Assembly (NCBI RefSeq): GCF_002105155.1
Contig: NW_019029016.1
Location: 62,001 to 126,000 of the forward strand
DNA: 64,000 nt
Source of the DNA: Lobosporangium transversale
Taxonomy: Eukaryota
Direction: 5' to 3'
A program made the translations under genes and the position numbers. Numbering within the stretch: the stretch's first letter is position 1; each line of letters opens with the position of its first letter. The notes beneath the pieces were generated by a model. The model was given only the letters and a program-made list of their open reading frames with translations. It did not search any database and was not told the DNA's origin. Below are positions 56,601 to 64,000 of this stretch, in pieces.

Positions 56601-58440
56601 GTCGACGATAGTTCGGGTAGCCATCCTCGCTTCTTGCAGTATTTTCCAAAAATGAGCGTGGGTACTTTTTGCTGCAGCTCCCTTCCACCATGCATGGCGC
56701 TTTAGAATTATGGACCCCACATGGCCCATGTACCATGTGGGAAGTTACTGTCTCGTACGCAAGCGGGGCACTGTGTCGATCGGGGATCTCTGCAGACACA
56801 ATAGAGTCAATGTCGCCTGCAGTCCGAGGCTTGCTTCCATCGTCAAGAATTATGAGGAGATGCTGATGCGGCAAACCACGTTTCTGGAACTCGACGACCC
56901 AATTGTAAGCAATAACTTTCCCTAGGACATCTTTCTTGAAGAGGTCATCCTCTAGAGCCTTCTTTTTGAGATTAAATACTCGTACGCAAAGGTCAGGCCA
57001 ATCAGCTGCTGTTTGGCCTTCATAAAGAGCCTCCTGGATCTCTGGCCACTGGGGATTACATGTGAAGGTGATGAAGAGATCTGGCTTGCCAAACTTCCGA
57101 ACCATGGCAATGGCATCTTGGAACAACTGTTGCATAAATCTGGGGCCTCCAACAAAGGAAGATGGTAAGATAATCCGCTTTCCAATATTCTCTGGCCTGA
57201 GATTGAGGTCAATTGCATCTACTATGCCGATATATGCATCCGCTTTGAGCTTAGCTTGATTCATACTGATATATAGGAGCCGAGAAGTTTCCAACTTGTA
57301 ATATTGGTCGACAATATATTGGTGAGCCAAACGTGGAATCATCCAAATGTAGGATCGTTGATCTGTTGAGCTGATTGGGCGGATTTGCAGTCTATATGCA
57401 TAGAACTCCCTTTGGCTGACGAACTCTCGGGTTTTTTTCGTCCGGCTCTCATGAGGTTCCATCTGGTCATCCTCAACATCCTCACCATCGCTTTCTCCAA
57501 GAGACCTTTCAGAGCCTAGCTCTGACCCGCTTTCCTTCTTATACTTGCCGTATGTCCACCCACACTCACCATTCGGATGCAAGAGAACGTAGTGAAGGCT
57601 GTCGTATGACGGATGAGTCTCGCTGATCTGCTGTAAACCGCCCCCTTTGTATTCAATAACTATATCCCTTCTTGAAACTTGGCTATCATCACCAGGCATC
57701 AAAACAGCGATTTCAGAGGACGAAGGGGGACCATATTGTCTCCGTCCTTGGCTCCTTAGGTCACGTTGGGACTCAGCACGGATGACGACCCTTAACTGAG
57801 TATCTTGACCATTGACACGCTCTTTAATGTTCTTGAGTAAACGGGCCATCGGGTGATGTCGTTCGAGAAGCTGTTGTAGCTCAATTAACAAACTGTTGTC
57901 GAGAGAACCTTCAAAGTACCCATTGCGAATTTTGGCCTGCTCTTCAGGGTCATGAATATGGCTGTGGATCTGTAAAAACTGAGGATCTACACCTTCAGAC
58001 GGGCTCAGAGGGCCAATCAGGTGAGCGATACCTCCGATAATACGGAAAGTGTACACGCCTTGTTGGCTGTTTGCAAGGCTCCTGGCATGGTTTACTTTCA
58101 TCGACGTAAAGGACAGAGCACAGTTGTATTGCCGTGCATTATTTCGAATGGCTTTGCTTCTCGCGTCTTGGCCACCAAAGACCTCTAAAAAGCGGCGCGG
58201 AATACCCTCCAGATGAGGGATTTTGACTTGACCTCTGCCGCAGCACAAGGAAAATTCTGGTCGGTGCTTGGTGTTTTTCACTCGTTCTTCAAGGAACATG
58301 ATAGCATTGCAATAAGGGCACCGGACCATCTGCTCTAAGCGGTGTCTATGGCGCTCGATATTGGGGCCTGAGATTAATTCTTGTTGGAACCTCCTTCTAG
58401 CGGTGGGGATAGTATCCATACTATTGGAATATAGAATCAC
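53684..58440 (-). mobile_element. Helitron (Rep-Pif1 helicase), frameshifted; 5' end not resolved
   Basis: CPYC...CCGRG Zn finger; LPSSFVGGPR, FITFTCNP, VEFQKRGLPHQH (HUH), KYIYKY; DGPGGTGKS, WDEAP, GGDFRQVLPV, RRQFP, AMTINKSQGQT. 3' hairpin + CTCGT at 53684-53728. Frameshifts at ~56400, ~56140 and ~54605. Confidence 0.93.
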
Positions 58441-58917
58441 AAATTTTTATTAATATTTTATATGGGCTTTTTCACTTATCACAATATTTTTCTACACTAA
58501 AATAATAATAAGGGGAGGTCGGACTTACTCTTTATCGGGACATGTGTTTAGGTTATGTCCTGGGCGACTGCATATACTGCACTGCCGTTGCACAGGCCGA
58601 CAGGGTGACTGTAGCCTAGAGAGCAATGATAATGATGTTAGATTAGAAACGCAATACGTGGTAGTTTATAAATTCAATAAAATGTGAACCAAGAGTAGCT
58701 CACCTTCGTCTTCGCTCAGGTCTTTCGCTTTCACCTGGGCCATCAAGGCTAATGCTTCGTCTGCGAGTCGTCACAGGCTCGGTTCGATTCTGCATGGGGT
58801 CACTAAAGATAACATTGCAAAAGAAATGGCAATTTAGGATTGAAAAAAAAAAAATGCATTGCTAAGGATTACATATCGAAACATCAAAATGGAGCTCACC
58901 CTTCATTATTTGGACAT

Positions 58918-59508
58918 TTACTTAGAAGCAACTTGATGGTATAAGTTTGGTGTAGCCGAAGGGACCAATGTTTCCTGCGACCGGGAGAGCTCTAAGTTAT
59001 AGTCTTCTTGAGTAGGACAAACACAGCTGCTCTGAGAAGAACAACCTGTGTTCATGCAAACAACACAGCCAAGCCTGACTGCAAGCTCAGCTCTCATTGC
59101 CTCTTCTTTACGTCTTCTTTCTTCCTGTTCTTTTTTTTCCCCTTCTCTCTCTTGTTCAAGGAATTCAAATAGGGCGCACTCGTCAATGGAGTCGTATATC
59201 ATGTCATATAGCTTCTCTTCATTCTCCACATCCTCTGCTTGCCGGCCTGGTAACTCCTCTCTTACCTCCACAGGCTGTGCTCGGATGATACGTGGTACAG
59301 CCCGTCGAGATCGTCGTGCTCGGATGATGCATCGTACGCCTGAAGTGGAGCTGTCCGACGGAGGAACGGCTTTCGAGTGGTTCGAGTCACCATAAATAGA
59401 GCGAGGGCACTTGGTAGGCAACTGGCTTCTGGGAGGTGCAGCTGATGACGAACGTGTGGAACGTGTGGCAGCCAACGACGACGAACGTGTAAAACGTTTG
59501 GCAGGCAT
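58918..59508 (-). CDS. Hypothetical protein upstream of the Helitron RepHel (possible 5' exon or accessory ORF)
   Basis: ATG after an A-rich leader; basic N-terminus, acidic coil, CVVC...C....CVC cluster. Confidence 0.4.
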   Translation of the reverse strand: MPAKRFTRSSSLAATRSTRSSSAAPPRSQLPTKCPRSIYGDSNHSKAVPPSDSSTSGVRCIIRARRSRRAVPRIIRAQPVEVREELPGRQAEDVENEEKLYDMIYDSIDECALFEFLEQEREGEKKEQEERRRKEEAMRAELAVRLGCVVCMNTGCSSQSSCVCPTQEDYNLELSRSQETLVPSATPNLYHQVASK

Positions 59509-61073
59509 TTTTTTTTTTTAGCAGATAAAATAGACGAAAGCAATAAAAACAAAGGTCTGAGGAAAATGAAAGCAAGGATTCAGAAATATAGGTGCGTTGA
59601 GGGATTAAGATTGTAAAACAAAGCGAACAGGTTTATTTTAAATCTACAGTGCATCGTAGACGCGATGGCGATACTTTTTTTGCATGCTGATTTAAAGTTT
59701 CAAAATAAGGGTCGTGTCACATGGGCAAAATAAATTTAATTAAGGGACAGCGAATCACATTTTGACTCTATCCGTAAAAAAACAACCGAAATCCAATCAC
59801 TCTACACTGGATGCCCCATTCTCCAATTAAATGAGACTCTTGCCACCCACAGATTCTTACTTACCCATGGATGAGTGAATGCTCCAAGCTGTTGCTTATT
59901 TATGTTTTGTTCATTTATGATGCTCCAAAAGTTGTCACATAATTTCGCAGTCACCTAATTTTTCTACCTGCTTTAATATATAGAAATATAAAAAAAAAAA
60001 AAAAAAAGCATGGACCATGTCTATGAAATCAAGGGTGCTGAGAGAAAAATTCAAAATCATCATACTGTAATGAAAAGTGCTGACTTGTACAGCTTCAAGT
60101 TCAAAAGCTCCACTTCCAATCACAACTCTGCCAAACATCTGATAGTGCACATACGCTTCATACATCTTTTCTGGGGATTGTGGTCGATAAACTGGCGGTG
60201 GGGGAGTTGCGGGAGCTGGTTGCTTTAAAGAATGGCAAATACATCAATATTGAGAAGATCAACCGATGTTCAAGCATGCCCTACAGCTGATTCCGGCTGC
60301 AATCCCAGTTTTGCTTGCCTTTTCTCCTTCAAGTATTCTTTCCTCTTATTCACTCTTTTCCTCTTCTTTCCCCCCTTGTTCGGCCAAAGCAAGCTGCGTA
60401 CACTTGTTGATGAAGCTGTAGATCCTACCATACAGCTTCTCCTCAACATCCCCCATTACCTGTTGGCTTTGTATTTGTTCCTCTTCAGCATCTACGGGTC
60501 GTTCTTAGATATGTTACACAGCCTGCTGGGATTGCCGTGCTTGGATGATGCGTTGTACACCCGATGTTGGGTGTGATACCTCTGGAAAGAAGGACTTCTA
60601 AAATAAGCACACTTACTCCAAATTAAGCAAGCAGGTGATGATACGGCTGCACGACAACTCGAAAAAAAAAAAAAAAAAACGTTTAAGGCCATGTCTAAAA
60701 GTCATGTAATATTAGCACAGGCGATATGTAAATATAGAGATAGTTTATGCATTTTTCTTTTTTCTTGAAGGATACAAAGTAGTGACCAAAAAAACAATCA
60801 ATCATTCACCATTCTCAGCACTAGCTCATTTTTTGTCATACAGAGCGAAATGTAAGCTGAACAAATTGGTATATTAAGCAGCCTTCGCTATTCATTTAAC
60901 TCTTCTGTTGCAATCTTCTTGATGCTGGTCCTTTTTCTTGATTGTGACATGTAAGTAGTAATTTCACTTATCAATTATTAGTTATCAATTAGAGATTGTC
61001 CTTCACTCTATTTAAATCAGTAGGAGGTGATCAATAAAGGGATGAACGTTTCCCATTCACTTTCCTATCCATA

Positions 61074-62126
61074 TCATTCATACTGGTCACCCATACTCCT
61101 CATTGATTGACTTCTCTCATGTGCTAAAATTTCATTTTTCATTTGAGAGAACAACCAAGCAACCTTTCGGAAAACAATTTTAACGCCTTCTTGCCAATCT
61201 CCGTTAAAGTTTATGATCTCGTTAATTCTTGACATCTTGAAGGTCACTGTGTCATCTTCCTTCGTGCATTCAAGGAACACCCACTCCCTTGCATCAGTCA
61301 CAATCCCAAAAGATCTGAGTTTGCTTGGAGGCTCTTCCTCATCCCCATCCAGATCATAGTCCAGTCTTTTACGCTTTTTGGGTGCCAACGCAGCTTCTAA
61401 CTGGACAATATTTGTGCAATCCCTTTACGGGAGTCTTCCCTCTTTACATTAGTAACCCCCAGTGCTGCATAGTCATCAAAGTCTGTTGTTGTTCTTGAAT
61501 GCACTGAAAAATCTACAGGACCATGCCCTCGTCGTCCGCTCAGGTATCGCTGTGCTACGAGATAAAGATCTTTTCCATATATTTTGGCCGCCCCCAAAAA
61601 GGATTGATTCCACCAACATTGACATCGTTGCTTCATTGGCACCAAACAATTTCATCGTATGATTCCTTATATCCAACTAGTTGATGACATGATCTACAAT
61701 CTTCTTTTCCGAATCGGATTCCAACACCATGGCTTCAATCCCAGTATAGGACGGAATCATAGTAAGCTGTGGATCACAAACCGATGTTATGTTGTATTCG
61801 GCGCAAACATCCGCGAATGTCCATGAAGAAAAGCTCTTGGAAGGATTTCCTAGATCAGTCACCAGTTTAGAACGATAATGGACTTGGACAATCTTAAGTA
61901 CAGACCGCAAATGGGCATCATCGAGGATCATCTCAGACCTGTTAGGTCTGGTGTATACATGAATCTCCAAGTAGTCGCCATGTAAGTATTGAGAAAAATG
62001 CACCTCAATAGCTTTTCGGAATTCAGGGACAGTTGCTTTATCGATGTCAGTTGACCAAGTGAAAGAAAACTTATTCTCTTTTTTAAGATGGATTGCAAAG
62101 GCTAAATATTTATTGGTAAAAAACAT
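61074..62126 (-). pseudogene. Crinkler-associated REase-fold gene, frameshifted
   Basis: FTW.TDI.KAT, KSFSSWTF.DVC, NEATMS, LSGRRGHGPVDF, LGVT.VK.ED..KGIAQ, SFGIVTDAREWVFLEC spread over several frames. Confidence 0.65.
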
Positions 62127-62199
62127 TGATCAGTCTCTTCATTCGAAAGAGCAAAAACATCCATGTGACAAAGATTTAAAGATTTACTTATTGATTAAT

Positions 62200-63420
62200 G
62201 ATCCAACCACTCCATCGTAGCGGTTTTGAAGCTTGATTGGACATTCGCAACTTTTTCTGGGTTGATCCCTCTACCATTTGCATCGATGACGAACCCGAGC
62301 AATAAAACTTCCATGCGGAGGAAATTACTTTTTTCCTTATTGATAATTAAGTGGCACTTGTCAGTAGTTTAATTTAATCACCAGTTTGACATGTTCAGTG
62401 TGCTCTTCAATGCTGCCGGAGAAAATGACAATGTCATCCACGCAAACGCTAACGAAGTGAAGATCTCCAAGCAATTGAGACATTCCTCTTTAGAATATAC
62501 TGGTCATAGGCTTCAATCCAAATGGAGCACGAGCAAACATATATTGTTTATTCAGGTGCTTAAATGCCGTGTAGGGTTGGCTCTTCTCGTCTAGAGGTAA
62601 TCCGTGGTGTATGCTTGCGACAAGTCAATTGTAGTAAAATACATATGACCTGTAGCTCGTTCCAATATCTCGGAAATTATAGGGATAGGAAAGTATCAAT
62701 ATCCACGAGCTGCTTATTCATCGTTCTTGGGTCAAAGCAGACTCTGTATTTAATAATTTCGCCTTCTAAGTTCTTCCTTGCCGCAAGCGTAAGAGAGCTG
62801 TTGTAGGGTTTACCCTTAGGTGCCTCAACGATAACTCCATCGTCTAATCATTTCTGTACGGTTGTATTGACTTCCATTTCTACTTGCGCGTAGAACCTAC
62901 GAGAGCGTTCTTGAATCACGCAGTCATCTCTGACTTTTAGATGGACTCGCATAATGTCTAATGGGCAGTGACTCTTAGGGCCAATCTGGCTTTCGGAGCA
63001 AAGGAAGGGCTCAATGGCTAATAAGAACTGCTTCTTCTGTTCGATGAATTCAGCTTCTAACTCTTGGTCTTTCAAAGTAGAGGGTACAAGTAGTGGTTTA
63101 TTTTCATCAGTTAAGGAATCATCTGCTTTTTCAACAACAGTCGTAGCTATGCCATGGATCCCAAAGCCGAAGCGGTAAAATAGATCCATTCCGATGAGGA
63201 AGTCGTAATAGCCCAGAGGCATAACGCTGACTATGCATTCTACTGTCCGATGATTACAAGAGAGAGTAATAGCATCTACTGTGCCGACATTGTGAAAACC
63301 AGTAGTGTCGTCTGCAAATTTAATTACAGTATTTTTCGAGGTCGCGGTCCTTAATTTGAGACCTTTAGCAACTTCTCGATTAATGAAGGATACATTGGAA
63401 CCAGGCTGGGATACGTCGTT
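62200..63420 (-). mobile_element. Degenerate Ty3/Gypsy pol fragment (aspartic protease + RT)
   Basis: PGSNVSFI...DFLIGMD (protease); RVCFDPR, PFGLK, CVDDIVIFS, LLGFVI (RT) with frameshifts. Confidence 0.75.
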
Positions 63421-64000
63421 GCTCAACAACTTGGCCAGACATATTTTTTCGATATGCATCCATATATCGAAAGCACTTCCTTGCGTATTTTCGAATGGTG
63501 ATGATGTCCACTGAGCTTAAAGCCTTTGGGATGGTCTCCTGTAGCCCATTGAATGTGTAATCGCAATTTGCTCTGGTGTATCGCTTGCTTGCGCCCCAAA
63601 ACATTTCAATGAAGTTCAATTCGCAATGGAATTTTGGATAGAAAATGACTTGCTGTCCGTGTTTCTTTGCAATTTCTTCCAAAAATGATCGTTGTGCCTG
63701 AAAGTCCGGCTGCAGCTTCAAGATACGAGTAGGCAACATGAATCTCTGAAAACAGAGTGATCACTCTCCTTACAGCTCGCGCATATCTTCTTGAGCCCCT
63801 CCCTCCAAAGCTTTCTTTCAATGAGAACCCGTTTCATCCCTTTTGGTTGGTTTCGCATTTCTGGCCTGTATATATGGGTGTCATTGATCCTTCCTGTTGG
63901 TTCGATTTCCAGATGAAGGACGGGATGAACTCCTGTCGTAGAGAATGAGCCCTTATTAGTCTGCAATCCTTTTGTAGTAAAGTTATTGATGAACCAAGCA
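63421..64000 (-). mobile_element. IS630/Tc1-superfamily transposase fragment (fungal KFHCELN type), frameshifted
   Basis: QPKGMKRVLIERKLW...[36 protein letters not shown]. Confidence 0.75.

Noticed and set aside
59800..60700. Cys/His-containing minus-strand relic
   Set aside because: Several stops and no family recognisable with confidence.

Overview
Eukaryotic, intron-containing, transposon-dense fungal DNA. Crinkler-like genes and an 'ELHEYP..LF..LP...FLCECG.H' family fragment suggest Mortierellaceae/Mucoromycota (inference). The window is dominated by two divergent families of DIRS1-type tyrosine-recombinase retrotransposons, each in two near-identical copies. Family A is on + (1-6669, partial; 19734-23981) and family B is on - (2256-6566, nested in A's right ITR; 41934-46241). 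Both have gag, RT-RNaseH-methyltransferase, YR, ITRs and an ICR. Also present: a disrupted Rif1-like gene, two Crinkler-like pseudogenes, a GCM/MULE-like transposase, a complete Tc1/mariner element, a 98-bp hAT-type MITE, a frameshifted Helitron plus extra Helitron ends, a Pif1 pseudogene, Ty3/Gypsy and IS630/Tc1-type fragments, fold-back repeats and a 1.1-kb inverted duplication. The most interesting signals are shared by the two DIRS families even though their gag and terminal sequences do not align by eye: (i) a ~1240-codon stop-free YR frame overlapping gag and all of pol, opened by an AUG ~30 nt after the gag AUG; (ii) a candidate -1 frameshift site (ATTTTTAC) for pol; (iii) a conserved T-shaped ICR fold with the recombination core in a hairpin loop, followed by CCCACCC. 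All calls are from manual reading; no searches were run.
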